From Hypanus sabinus (lineage: Eukaryota), in contig NC_082706.1 of NCBI RefSeq assembly GCF_030144855.1, positions 106,392,001 through 106,456,000 on the forward strand: a stretch of DNA of 64,000 nucleotides, given 5' to 3'. The position numbers and the translations under genes were made by a program. Shown here one piece after another: positions 1-11,708 of this stretch (its first letter is position 1; each line of letters starts with the position of its first letter). The notes under the pieces are model-generated. The model had not been told where the DNA came from and searched no databases. It saw only the letters and a program-made list of their open reading frames with translations.

Positions 1-690
1 TAAACGAGACGCTGTTCATCATCTCTCTTCATCAGTAGAAGGAGGCAGCCAAGAATCAACACGTCGGTGAACTCGATAGATACTTCACTCTTTACCTTAT
101 ATCTGTGCACGTCGGTTTTCTCCATCCCAGTTAAGAGGAATAGTTCATTACCATCTATCCTGTCTATGCCCCTCTTAGTTTTGTTTACCTCAGTTTCCTC
201 AGAACCCAGACCCTCCAGTGTCTTCTCATCACTGAAACTCTCCACCATAGGGAACATCGTGATGAATGTGCACCCTGTCTTGTGCGATCGCATCCTTCAC
301 ATAGTTAGTAACCAGAACAGAACACAGCATTCTATCTTTGACCCTATAAAAGTAGAATTGTCTCATAGACTCGCTGTTCTTATATTCTGAGCCCTGCCTA
401 ACGAGCGCACGTATCTCATGCCTCCGTCTCCGCCCTATCTGCCGGTGATTCTACTTTTAGAGATCCTTGTAGGTACTCAAAGCTTCTGTCCGTCATATTC
501 CCTGGGACCCGACTGTGTAATATGTATGATTTAGCATTATTAATCCTCCAATAAATGCCTCGAATCACATTTATTAGGATTTGCTGACGCTGTGCCCCTT
601 GAACCAAATGATCACTATCGTCCTGTACCTGAGATTCCTTTGTGACATCTCTGGGTACTTTCTTCGATTGAGGGTAAATTAATTCAGTCA
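1..690 (-). mobile_element. Decayed CR1-type LINE, 3' RT/C-terminal fragment
   Basis: Minus strand resembles the CR1 'EYK..EVMLQLYKTLVRP.LE.CV.FW' region (aatataagaacagcgagtctatgagacaattctac), heavily mutated. Interrupted by the L1 at about 700. Confidence 0.6.
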
Positions 691-851
691 GAAAATATTG
701 GGGGGACGTCACGTGATGACGTAGGATCGAGACGCTGGAACCCAGCCCTCCCGTAAAAAAATCAGTAAGTTAAATGTTTAAGTGAAGAAAAGTTAGTCAA
801 TACTTTCTTAAGGTTACTTATAAACTACTCCGGATTGTTTTAAGCTATGCC

Positions 852-1917
852 ATGAAGAAAACTACTACCACGAAGACAGCTCAAGTTAGAACAGAATCAA
901 GGCCTACTTCTACCGAAGAACCGCGGATTCAGGTACAATACATCACCGGCGAAACAGAACAGGAAACTGCGGCAGCATCGGCCATTTCTAAAGGAAAAGA
1001 TCAACGAGAATTGCGCAAACGTAAAGGAACGAGCATGCGCAAACGAGAGCAACCAGAACTACAAATCTCAGCTGCGACTGAAACCGAAAGTGAAAGTGAA
1101 TCTGAGAGAGAGTCAGATTCTGGAAAAATCAGACGAAGATGGAGATAAAAGTTCCTCTGAAAATATAAAAAAGACTTTGAGGCAAATAATACATAAATTA
1201 GAAAAATTAAATGCATTAAAAGTAACCAAAAAGTAATTAAAGAAAAAAAATGATAAATATGGAGACTACGTTTGATAAAATGACAAACGAACAGGAAAAA
1301 ATGAAAAAGAAAATTACAGATTTGGAAATTAAAATGGAAGATATGGGTGGAAGAATGAATAAAATGGACGATGATAATAATGCCTGGACATCAGAAAGAA
1401 AACAACTCGTGGAAAAAATTGATAAGCTTGAAAATTTTAGTAGACCCAATAATATTAAAATTGTTAGACTTAAAGAAGATACTGAAGGATAAGACCCAAT
1501 AAATGTTTTTCAAAAATGGATCCCTGAAAAATTGAAAATGGGAGATTGACAGGGTGCACAGAGCCTTAAGGCCAAGATCTCAAAATGACCAAAATCCGCG
1601 ATCAATTTTCATAAGATGTTTAAGATACCAGGATAAAAAAAAGATTCTGAGGGCGGCTGCCCAAGGTGCCAAAAGAAGAAATGGACCATTGATGATAGCA
1701 GAGAAACAAATTCTTTTTTATCCTGATATACGTTATAACCTTTTGAAGAGAAAGTGAAGAATTTAATTCAGCTAAAAATGTCTTATGGGAAAAAGGTTAT
1801 AAATTTTTAATGCGTCACCCAACAACACTGATAATGTTTTTGGAGGAGGGAAAATTATTTTTTTCCAATTATTGAGATGCGGAGGTGTTCGCACAAAAAC
1901 TTCCATCTATTTGCTAA
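852..1917 (+). pseudogene. L1 ORF1p (coiled coil + RRM/CTD), frameshifted
   Basis: ORF pieces 852-1148, 1250-1492 (coiled coil ending LENFSRPNNIKIVRLKED) and 1554-1757 (HRALRP...PRSIFIRCLRYQDK...FYPD) match L1 ORF1 motifs; last piece ends at TAA 1915-1917. Confidence 0.85.
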
Positions 1918-2374
1918 TTAAACGTAGAGACTTCTAAACGTAATGGTTAAAGGCGAAGACAGAGATAGCGAATGGAACTGATGGACATTTAAGGATGATA
2001 CAAGGGAGAAAAGTAAAATTTTAGAAATATTAATTGAGAATAGTATTTTTTTCTTTTCTTATATATATACTTTTTATGTTGCGGGGGGCTGGGGAGCTTT
2101 GAATCAGTTACTACGGGATTCACGTGTGTAATCATGGCGATTGCCATGACCCGTACAACAGAGGGGGGTAATGTTGTGTTTTTTTTCTTTCACAACGTTA
2201 GTAGGGGGGTATTTTGTTTTTTACTTTATACTCTATTTTTCTTCTAATCTTTTGCCTGGATGATTGGTGGGGACACACATAGCAACATGGAGACTTCTAA
2301 AAAGATTTCCCAGGATACCACAAATGTTGAAAGATTTGGCATTATTATAGATTGGAGTAACATAATTAAAAACA

Positions 2375-5300
2375 ATGACTAATTTATTGAATTTTTAAAG
2401 TTTTAATGTTAATAGGCTTAATGGACCAGTAAAAAGAAAAAGAATTTTAACATATATTAAAAAATGAATATAGATATAGCTTTCTTACAAGAAACTCATT
2501 TAACAGACATAGAACATCAGAAATTAAAAAGAGACTGGGTTGGAAATGTTATTGCAGCTTCATTTAACTCAAAGGCGAGAGGAGTTGCAATTTTGGTTAT
2601 GAAAATTTACCAATTAAATTCAAAATGTATTAATTGATTCGGCAGGAAGATATTTAATTATACATTGTCAAACGTTTTCAGAACTATGGACTCTTATGAA
2701 TATTTATGCACCAAATGAAAATGATGTAAAATTTATACAGGAGGTCTTTTTGAATTTGGCTAACACACATGATAAAATATTAATAGGTGGAGATTTTAAT
2801 TTTTGTCTAGATCCAGTTTTAGATAGATCAACAAAGGCTGTTACAAAACCAGAAGTAGTAAAATTAACTCTATCATTGATGAAAGAATTAAATTTGATTG
2901 ATATATGGAGAAGAATCAATCCAAAAGAAAGAGATTATTCATTTTATTCAAATAGACATAAAACATACTCAAGGATAGATTTTTTTCCTATTATCAACGA
3001 ATATTGAAGATAGAGTGAAAAATGTGGAATATAAAGCAAGAATATTGTCTGATCACTCTCCTTTAATAATGACAATGATAATGATAGATAAAGAGGAATC
3101 AATTTATAGACGGAGATTTAATTCAATACTACTAAAACGTCAAGATTTTTGTGATTTTATGAAAAAGCAGATTCAGTTCTTTTTAGATACAAATTTACAT
3201 TCAGTTGATGATAAATTTATATTATGGGAAGCAATGAAGGCATATTTGAGAGGTCAGATAATAAGTTATACTTCTAAAATTAAGAAGGAATATATAATAG
3301 AAATAGATCAATTGGAAAAAGAGATTATAAAATTAGAAAAAGAATCTCAAAGAAATATGACAGAAGAGAAACGAAGAGAACTTATTAATAAGAAGTTAAA
3401 ATATAATACACTCCAGACACATCGAACAGAAAAAGCAATTATGTGAACTAAACAGAGATATTATGATTCTAGGTGAAAGATCACATAAGGTCCTTGCATG
3501 GCAGTTAAAAACAGATCAGACTTCTAAAACAATAAATGCAATTCGAACAAAAGTAAATAAAATTACTTATAAGCCTCTAGAAATTAGTGAAGCTTTTAAG
3601 AATTTTTATTCTGAGTTGTATAAATCAGAATCAAAAAATGGTGACCTCAAGATTGAAAGATTTTGATCACAAATAACTCTTCCAAAATTAAATATGGAAG
3701 AACAGAAGGGAGTAGGTATGCCTTTTACATTGAAGGAGATTGAAGAAGCTCTGGGATCACTTCAAAGTAATACATCTCCAGGAGAAGATGGTTTTCCGCC
3801 TGAATTTTATAAAAACTTTAAAGATTTATTAATTCCTCCTCTTATGGAGTTAATACATCAAGCGGAAAGAACGCATAAACTTCCAGAATCTTTTTCAACA
3901 GCTATTTTAATAGTATTGCCAAAAAAAGATAGAGACCTTTTAAAACCAGCATCACATAGACCCATTTCTTTATTAAACACTGATTATAAAATAATAGCAA
4001 AAATCTTATCTAATAGATTATCTAAATACTTACCAAAATTAGTGCATATGGATCAAACAGGATTTATTAAAAATAGACAATCGGCAGATAATGTAACTCG
4101 GTTATTTAGTATAATCCATTTAGCGCAAAAGAGGGAGGAAACGACTGTGGCAGTTGCTTTAGATGCAGAAAAAGCATTTGATAGATTGGATTGGGATTTT
4201 TTATTTAAGGTATTGGAAAAATATGGATTAGGAACATCATATATAAAATGGATTAAAACTTTAAATACTAATCCCAAAGCTAAAGTAGTGACAAATGGCC
4301 AAATTTCAACATCATTTCAGTTAACAAGATCAACTAGGCAAGGTTGTCCATTATCACCTGCTTTATTTGTGTTGGCAATAGAGCCATTAACTGAATTAAT
4401 TAGAATGGACCCAGATATTAAGGGTTTCAGAATTAATCAAGAAGAATACAAGATTAACTTATTTGCTGATGATGTTCTACTTTATTTAACAGATCCATTA
4501 CATTCATTACGCAAATTATCTTATAGATTAGAAGAATATGGGAAAATATCAGGTTATAAAATAAATTGGGATAAAAGTGAAATTTTACCTCTTTCTAATG
4601 GAGACTATAGTCAATGTCGATTAATAACTCAATTTAGATGGCCGGCAAATGGTATAAAGTATTTAGGTATAAGAGTTGATAATGACATAAAAACTTATAC
4701 AAATTAAATTATTTACCACTTTTGAAAAAAATTCAGGAAGATCTTGATAAATGGATGGCATTACCAATAACATTAGTAGGTAGAGTAAAGACTATAAAAA
4801 TGAATATATTCCCCAGACTATAATATTTATTTCAATCATTACCAATACAATTACCCCAGAAGTTTTTTCAAGAGTTAAACAAATATGTGAGGAAGTTTCT
4901 CTGGAAAGGTAAGATGTCAAGAATATCGTTGGAAAAATTGACATGGAAATTTGATCTAGGAGGGTTACAACTTCCAAATTTTAAGAATTATTATAAAGCA
5001 AATCAACTTAGATTTATTGCATCTTTTTTCGAGAAAGATAAACCGGCATGGATTAGAATAGAACTAGATAAAATAGGAGAAAACGTACCAGAAGATTTAA
5101 TATATAAATGGGAATCTAAATGGATACGGGAAAAGAAAGAATCTCCTATATTAAAACATTTGATTGACTTATGGAATAAGATAAATGTTGATGATGAGAC
5201 AAAAAAATCTTTATTAGCAAAGAGATCTTTAATTCAAAATAGACTTATTCCTTTTACAATGGACAATCAACTTTTATTTAATTGGTTTCAAAAAGGGATT

Positions 5301-6059
5301 AGATCTATAGGAGATTGTTTTGAAGGAGGTATATTAATGTCATTTGATCAATTAAAGAATAAATATAAAGTATCAAATAACACTTCTTTTTGTTACTTTC
5401 AACTGAGGGCTTATTTAAGAGAAAAATTAGGTCAAACAATGTTATTGCCGAAATCTAATGAAATAGAAATTTTAATTCCAAAAGGAAAGATTAAAAAATT
5501 TATATCTTGTATGTATAATTTGATTCAAAAACAGACAATTTAACAAGGAGTCCATAAGTCAAGACAAAATTGGGAAAGTGATTTGAATATTAAAATTGAA
5601 GAAACAAATTGGTCAAGACTATGTCTTGATAGTATGACAAATACAATAAATGTTTGGTTAAGATTAGTGCAATATAATTTTCTACATCAATTATATATTA
5701 CACCACAAAAATAAAAAAAATTAAATCCAAATTTATCTGATCAGTGTTTCCGATGTAACCAAGAAACTGGTACTTTTTTACATTCTACATGGTCTTGTTC
5801 TAAAATTCAACCTTTTTGGACAAATTTAAGACTTTTACTGGAACAAATTACAGGAACACAACTTCCTCATAATCCAATATTAGTCTTACTAGGTGATATT
5901 GAAGGGATAAAACCGAAACTCAAACTAAATAAATATCAGAAAGAAGTCATAAAAATTGCACTGGCAGTAGAAAAAATTACTTATAATTTAAGAGATAAAT
6001 ATGAAACATTTCTGAAAATTTGGTGCCCTTTTTTACAAAAGACAGGACTAAATATATAG
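2375..6059 (+). pseudogene. L1 ORF2p (AP endonuclease + reverse transcriptase), multiple stops/frameshifts
   Basis: ATG 2375 followed by FNVN.LN and LQETH; NIYAPN, GGDFN, YSRIDFF, SDHSP (EN); PGEDGFP, RPISLLNTDYKI, LDAEKAFDR, RQGCPLSP, LFADD (RT, 3694-4707); C-terminal pieces 4887-5543 onward. Confidence 0.93.
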
Positions 6060-7451
6060 GTGCTCTGAAGATGAAACAATTGGTTACTTGGGGAAAGAAA
6101 TAAATATATATACTAAAGTTATTACGAACTCCATGGAGTATGTGGAGATCTTCCAACAACCAGGCACTCTTTCTTTTTTTTCTTTTTTTCTTTTCTATAG
6201 GGAAGTTCGGGGGGAGGGGTTAAGGGGAGGGGGGAAGAGTTATATACATTTTTTTCCATACTTTACTCTGTAATCACTTAAAAACGCAATAAAAAAGTTT
6301 TCAAAAAAATATTACACGCGGGAAAATGAATTAAAGCAACACCATACACACAGGGGGCATTGGAAGGACGAGTTCTTGTCGATGAATGTGATGGATGCTC
6401 GTCATCAATTAATGTTTAAAACAGGCACAACGGACCTATTTCAACCGAAATCATTAAATGATATATAATTGGGTCTAAAAGCGGCTAGGCTTGCTGTTCT
6501 GGATACTCTTGACTGTATGTGGTTGTTTTAAAATCAAATTCGCTTTAAAGTGTTCGCTACTTTCAAATCGGGAAATACTGAGCATTTTCCAGAGGGGTGC
6601 GTTCATGGAAGTCTGAAGAACTACCGTAACAAGACGACACTCAAGAGACGGTAGGTGCTGTCACCTGGAGCAATAAAAAGCATCACGTTGAAGCCACGTG
6701 GTCAGGTAGCATCAGTGCGGGAAGAAGAGCGATGTCATTTCAGCATCAGCATCCTACGAATGGAAGCCCACTCCCACCCTGCCCTAATAGATTCAGGTTT
6801 CCACATGCGGCGAGAGGGTGAAGTGGCGGGAGCTGCGTGCGTTGTGGCTGTCTAAGATTCCCTGTCACGGAACTAGAACCAAGGTCGGAAATGAACGGCA
6901 TTCTACACAGGAGTTGGGGCAGTCCGCAACCATAGCTGAGCGCAGGGCTGAACGAACTAGAGAGTTTAACTTTAATGCAGTGATTCGGTTCCTTTGACTA
7001 CACAAACAATGCAGTCCAATTGTCTTCCGCAGTGGTGACTTCAGTACGAGTTTCGGAGCAGAAAGTCTTTAAAACCATGTGACTAGAAGCCGGCGGGTAA
7101 TTAGCCGCTCTTTCGATTGCCGTTGTACTAACATGCAGAGCAAAATTACTTCTTCAGCAGTTACCGATTAAAAAAAGAAATGATTAAAAACGAGGTCCGC
7201 TTTTAATCACGGTTTGTATTCTGTTCGTTATCTCCCTCGACCGCATGAAGTTGAGTTGAAAGTGATGTATGGGTGGACTGAAGGATTTCTCCGCCGTAGG
7301 GTACATATCTCCGCAATCGGCCAGCTGTTTGTCGCCACGAGGTGGTTGTGGGGATGCGCTGCAATAGCGCTGAGGGAGACCTATCGTCATCTTGACGAAT
7401 AGTAAAAAGGATGGAAGGGCGGGGTGGCCTGTTTCTGCTGCCACTTCTTAA

Positions 7452-7869
7452 CCCCCACCACCTGTTCATATTCTACACCTTCACAGTATGGTCCAGGTTA
7501 ATTTTGACCTGGCCCAAGAATCCCCTCATAACAAGTGTCTATACCAAATTTTGAACCACGGATCTATTTAGAACGTATAAAGAGCCTATCTGACATTAAT
7601 AAATGGGTGATTAATCCTTAATTAATGTTGCAGAGATCTAAAATCCATTTCAATAGATAAGGGTCAAATCTGACCCGAAACAGCCTCAATGTACAAAAAT
7701 TTGTAGCTCCTCCAAAAAAGTATAAAAAATTTAATTATTTTTTATTTCTGCGCATTTTGGGTCACTTTAAGAAAAGTCATCAAATTTCGGGTAAAAATGA
7801 TATTTAGGATATTTTTACTGCTGTCAAATGTCAAAATGGGTCAAATTTGACCCGAACAGTATGTAAGGA
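7452..7869. mobile_element. piggyBac-like non-autonomous DNA element (MITE)
   Basis: TTAA on both sides (7448-7451, 7870-7873); ends cccccaccacctgttc and reverse-complemented tccttacatactgttc form degenerate TIRs; internal palindromic GGGTCAAAT(T/C)TGACCC motifs; no ORF. Confidence 0.5.
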
Positions 7870-8299
7870 TTAAGCTCTGCTGCATATCTCCGCCCCTGGC
7901 ATCCAGCTCCTGCAAAAAAAAAACGGGGCGCGGGATGGGTTAGCGTATGTGGCCTACTACAAGAAATGGCATACTCGACCGTGGCTTTGTTCACCGGGTT
8001 CCTTCACCAAATCTCTTTGTCACAACTGTTCGATAGCAGCTCTCAGCGAAAAGGACAGAGTGAAAGGATGTGGAGGCCTTTCGAAGGCTTCTTTCATTCG
8101 TTAAGTTTAAAATAATGTTTTTATCGGAATATTTTAATATTGGAATTTAAATACACATCCCATCGTGTGTACTAAACAAACAGATGCCAATCATACTTCC
8201 TTTACTGAAAGCCAGTACCCCTATCGGGGCATTGGCCGCCGACAGCAGCTCGCCAGAGATCTCAGTCCAGGGCCAGTCTTTCAAGTTTTCCCAAAGTGT

Positions 8300-8595
8300 A
8301 GCCTGTTCTCTTGGCCTATCCTTCCTCTCCCGGGGAGCTTCTTTTGTCGTTTCCGTAGTTCTGAGGTTTTACGCGATGGGGTTGCTAACCCCACGCCCAC
8401 CCATCCTCCTTTCGCAGCCGAACTTCTGTCCGTCCGTGGCGGAGTTAGATCCCGATCATGCATTAGCGTTATTGGGATACCAGCACCAGCTATACTGTAA
8501 TGATTGAAATAATAAATTAAAATAATTAATTTAACTGTTTGCACTATATTCCTTCGCTAACAGTTTGGGATCCGGGTGTCCTTGTCGATATCGCC
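8300..8595 (-). mobile_element. RTE-like LINE 5' fragment (probably resumes after the BEL insertion at 11714)
   Basis: Minus strand reads gggtgggcgtggggttagcaaccccatcgcgtaaaacctcagaactacggaaacg, resembling a recalled RTE 5' UTR motif. No diagnostic protein motif seen. Confidence 0.4.
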
Positions 8596-9268
8596 TGTGC
8601 TGTCTTTACGACAGTTATTTAGTTTATAATATTTTCGCTTAGTAATTCATTCAATAGTATTTTCTAGTTAGAATTAGAAGTGTTTAAAGTATATTCATTG
8701 CATGTAAAATATATCGGCATGCGATGACGTCACATCCGGTTTCGCCGCGTCTTGTGGGAAAATACCGGTTTGAAATTAGCGCGAGGGTGGGGGCTTTCCA
8801 CGAGGCTCACCTGAGCAGAAGTAGTTTTGCAGGCATGAGAAATCACAGTGAGAGCAACGCTGTAAGTTAATAGATAATCGATATATTGAACTAAGATGTT
8901 AATGCCGATCCTGTTAGAAGTAACGACGGTAGATAATGTTTATGCTTTCGTTAGTTAAAGAGTCGCGGATAGTTTGCATGGAAGTGTATTTAAAGTAGTC
9001 AATGGAGCAGGTAAACTCTCCCTGTATACTGCACCTTAGTGTAATGTAGTTATAGTCACCTTTGCAAGTACTTACACTTGAAATGTGATATTAAGGAAGG
9101 AACAAATACTGTATCAATCTTGTATTGTTTTATCAACAGTTTTCACCATATGTTAATGTGAAGAGTGAACAGTAAATGGTTAATCTTACTGCGATCTGGT
9201 TTCATTGACTGTGGTTTATCCGGACGTTGAATTCGGCGTTATTAGTACACCCGAAGGAGAACGTTACA
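8596..9268 (+). repeat. 5' LTR
   Basis: TGTGCTGTC...CGTTACA; direct repeat of 11036-11708 with 3 substitutions by manual comparison. Confidence 0.97.
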
Positions 9269-9306
9269 GTGAAAAAGCGGCATTATCAGGTGTTTCAAGT
9301 GCTGCA

Positions 9307-10485
9307 ATGTCAGCTCGATCCAGCATCAAGTCGACGCCGCCCAGCGACAAGGGCGGTAAACCGACATCAAGTAAGTCCACCCAGGCAAGAGCCAAGGCAG
9401 AAGCCGCCAAGGTGCGACTGCGTTACGCCAGACAAGAAGCAGTTTTGAAAATGAAACAGGCTACCCGAGAAGCCGAAATCCAGAAAGAAAAGGCTGCTAG
9501 AGAAGCCGAAAGGGCCATCAGAGAAGCCGAAATCCAAAAAGAACAGGCCATCAGAGAAGCCGAAATCCAGAAAGAACAGGCCATCAGAGAAGCCGAAATC
9601 CAGAAAGAACAGGCCATCAGAGAAGCCGAAATCCAGAAAGAAAAGGCTGCCAGGGCCATCAGAGAAGCCGAAATCCAGAAAGAAAAGGCTGCCAGAGAAG
9701 CCGAAACCCAGTTGGAAATGGCAAAAATATCGACAGAGTTGCAAGTGCTGCAGCTAGAAAGAGAAGAAGAAGCTGCCATGGTGGAAGCAAAGTACATAAA
9801 AGAAGCCGAAGGGTCGCGTGATCTGACCGAAGCAAGATCTACTTTAGAAAGGACCAGACTGGAACGCACAAGCGACTATGTACAATCTCAAATAGACAGG
9901 CAGGCTCGTCTCCCCTCTCCATACGTATTCGATAACTTCCCCAGCTATGAGGAACCTCAGAGAGTCACGATTGCATCACATCCATACGAGGAAGGAAATT
10001 TACCCTCACGGCTCCGTGATGAAGTCAAGAATGAAAGAACCGTCAACGCTCCTTCACCCCCACAACAAGACGGCGGGGAGGGAGAGGTTCACTCCAGGAC
10101 AACAATTGTCAGCTCGAACTGTACAGAAGTTTGCGGTCAAACTCAGTCAAGCCGTTCTTGTTCCGAGATCTGCCTCACTGAGGTGTACCCTAAAGAAGCA
10201 CAACAAGACATTACCAAGTGTAAAGCAACCGATGAGACGCTAGGTCAGTCAGTTTTTGTTCAAACCGAGCACGGAAACAAACTTGCACAATCAGCTCAAG
10301 ATACCATTTCTTTAAAACCCAAAGACACCAAGGTCTTCAGAGATGAAGCAAATAATGGGGTTGCCCCATTGCCTTTCAGAGAACCACGTCAGCGCTCACC
10401 AGATAACAAAGAGCAGGCAGTCAAACGGTTCACATCCTTCCGGAAAACCCAGAAAAGGAAACCTGAGATGCAGCAACGCACCTGA
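9307..10485 (+). CDS. Mosaic Gag/Pol remnant ORF of the BEL element
   Basis: Open frame from 9205 (first ATG 9307, MSARSSIKS); coiled-coil N-terminus, then segments such as SCSEICLTEVYP and VAPLPFREPRQRSPDNKEQAVKRF typical of BEL Pol upstream of RT; ends in TGA 10483-10485. Confidence 0.7.
   Translation: MSARSSIKSTPPSDKGGKPTSSKSTQARAKAEAAKVRLRYARQEAVLKMKQATREAEIQKEKAAREAERAIREAEIQKEQAIREAEIQKEQAIREAEIQKEQAIREAEIQKEKAARAIREAEIQKEKAAREAETQLEMAKISTELQVLQLEREEEAAMVEAKYIKEAEGSRDLTEARSTLERTRLERTSDYVQSQIDRQARLPSPYVFDNFPSYEEPQRVTIASHPYEEGNLPSRLRDEVKNERTVNAPSPPQQDGGEGEVHSRTTIVSSNCTEVCGQTQSSRSCSEICLTEVYPKEAQQDITKCKATDETLGQSVFVQTEHGNKLAQSAQDTISLKPKDTKVFRDEANNGVAPLPFREPRQRSPDNKEQAVKRFTSFRKTQKRKPEMQQRT
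9466..9708 (+). repeat. 33-bp coding tandem repeat, REAEIQKE(Q/K)A(I/A), about 6 full units plus partials
   Basis: Unit agagaagccgaaatccagaaagaacaggccatc repeated head to tail without spacers, in frame. Confidence 0.95.
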
Positions 10486-10977
10486 TTGGCCCACGAGGTA
10501 CTGTGCACCCTAATGGCAGAGGTCACAGCCATTATAAACGCACAATCATTCCTACCTGTGTCTTCTGACCCAGAAAACCCCTTTATACTTTCGCCATCAA
10601 CGCTCCTTACGCAGAAGGCAGGAGCACCTCCTCCACCAGGAGACTTCTCAGACAAGGATTTGTACACAAAGCAATGGAGACAAGTCCAGGCTCTGGCAAA
10701 TCAGTTCTGGCCTCGCTGGAGACAAAAATATCTACCTTTGTTGCAACAGAGACGAAAGTGGACAGAACCCCGCAGGAATCTTCAAGTTGGAGACCTAGTC
10801 CTGCTCAGGGACAAGCAGATCACCCGCAACAGCTGGCCAATGGCCAGAATCACTGCTACATTCCCTAGCGAGGATGGACATGTCAGGAAGATCGAATTGA
10901 AGACTACCGACCAAGGCGATGTGAAAATTTACCAAAGGCCAGTTACAGAAGTTATTCTACTTCTACCCAATGACTGA
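10486..10977 (+). CDS. BEL integrase C-terminal region (DUF5641-like)
   Basis: ILSPSTLLTQK...QWRQVQALANQFWPRWRQKYLPLLQQRRKW...LQVGDLVLL...WPMARI...DGHVRKIEL; same frame as the upstream ORF. Confidence 0.85.
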   Translation: MAHEVLCTLMAEVTAIINAQSFLPVSSDPENPFILSPSTLLTQKAGAPPPPGDFSDKDLYTKQWRQVQALANQFWPRWRQKYLPLLQQRRKWTEPRRNLQVGDLVLLRDKQITRNSWPMARITATFPSEDGHVRKIELKTTDQGDVKIYQRPVTEVILLLPND

Positions 10978-11035
10978 TTAAGAGACTAAGTTTTGTACTC
11001 TGCTCATTGTGACCTTACGAAGGTCAAGCGGGGAG

Positions 11036-11708
11036 TGTGCTGTCTTTACGACAGTTATTTAGTTTATAATATTTTCGCTTAGTAATTCATTCAATAGTAT
11101 TTTCTAGTTAGAATTAGAAGTGTTTAAAGTATATTCATTGCTTGTAAAATATATCGGCATGCGATGACGTCACATCCGGTTTCGCCGCGTCTTGTGGGAA
11201 AATACCGGTTTGAAATTAGCGCGAGGGTGGGGGCTTTCCACGAGGCTCACCTGAGCAGAAGTAGTTTTGCAGGCATGAGAAATCACAGTGAGAGCAACGC
11301 TGTAAGATAATAGATAATCGATATATTGAACTAAGATGTTAATGCCGATCCTGTTAGAAGTAACGACGGTAGATAATGTTTATGCTTTCGTTAGTTAAAG
11401 AGTCGCGGATAGTTTGCATGGAAGTGTATTTAAAGTAGTCAATGGAGCAGGTAAACTCTCCCTGTATACTGCACCTTAGTGTAATGTAGTTATAGTCACC
11501 TTTGCAAGTATTTACACTTGAAATGTGATATTAAGGAAGGAACAAATACTGTATCAATCTTGTATTGTTTTATCAACAGTTTTCACCATATGTTAATGTG
11601 AAGAGTGAACAGTAAATGGTTAATCTTACTGCGATCTGGTTTCATTGACTGTGGTTTATCCGGACGTTGAATTCGGCGTTATTAGTACACCCGAAGGAGA
11701 ACGTTACA
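11036..11708 (+). repeat. 3' LTR
   Basis: Follows the PPT; near-identical to the 5' LTR. Confidence 0.97.

Larger units (their letters stand above)
700..6313 (+). mobile_element. Full-length, inactivated L1-clade LINE
   Basis: G-run 5' end (gggggacgtcacgtg), ORF1 and ORF2 remnants, G-rich 3' UTR (6200-6240), AATAAA 6288-6293, A-rich tail; candidate TSD AAAATATT at 692-699 and 6306-6313. Confidence 0.92.
8596..11708 (+). mobile_element. Young, internally deleted BEL/Pao LTR retrotransposon
   Basis: Two 673-bp TG...CA LTRs, 5-bp TSD TCGCC (8591-8595, 11709-11713), polypurine tract aagcggggag before the 3' LTR, internal BEL-type Gag/Pol fragments. Confidence 0.95.

Noticed and set aside
6200-6240. 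G-quadruplex-forming tract
   Set aside because: Ordinary feature of L1 3' UTRs; not novel.
8844-8850. CACAGTG heptamer in both LTRs (also 11284-11290) as a cryptic RSS
   Set aside because: No nonamer-like sequence at 12 or 23 nt spacing.
9466-9708. 33-bp repeat array as a CRISPR
   Set aside because: No unique spacers; in-frame coding repeat inside a eukaryotic retrotransposon.
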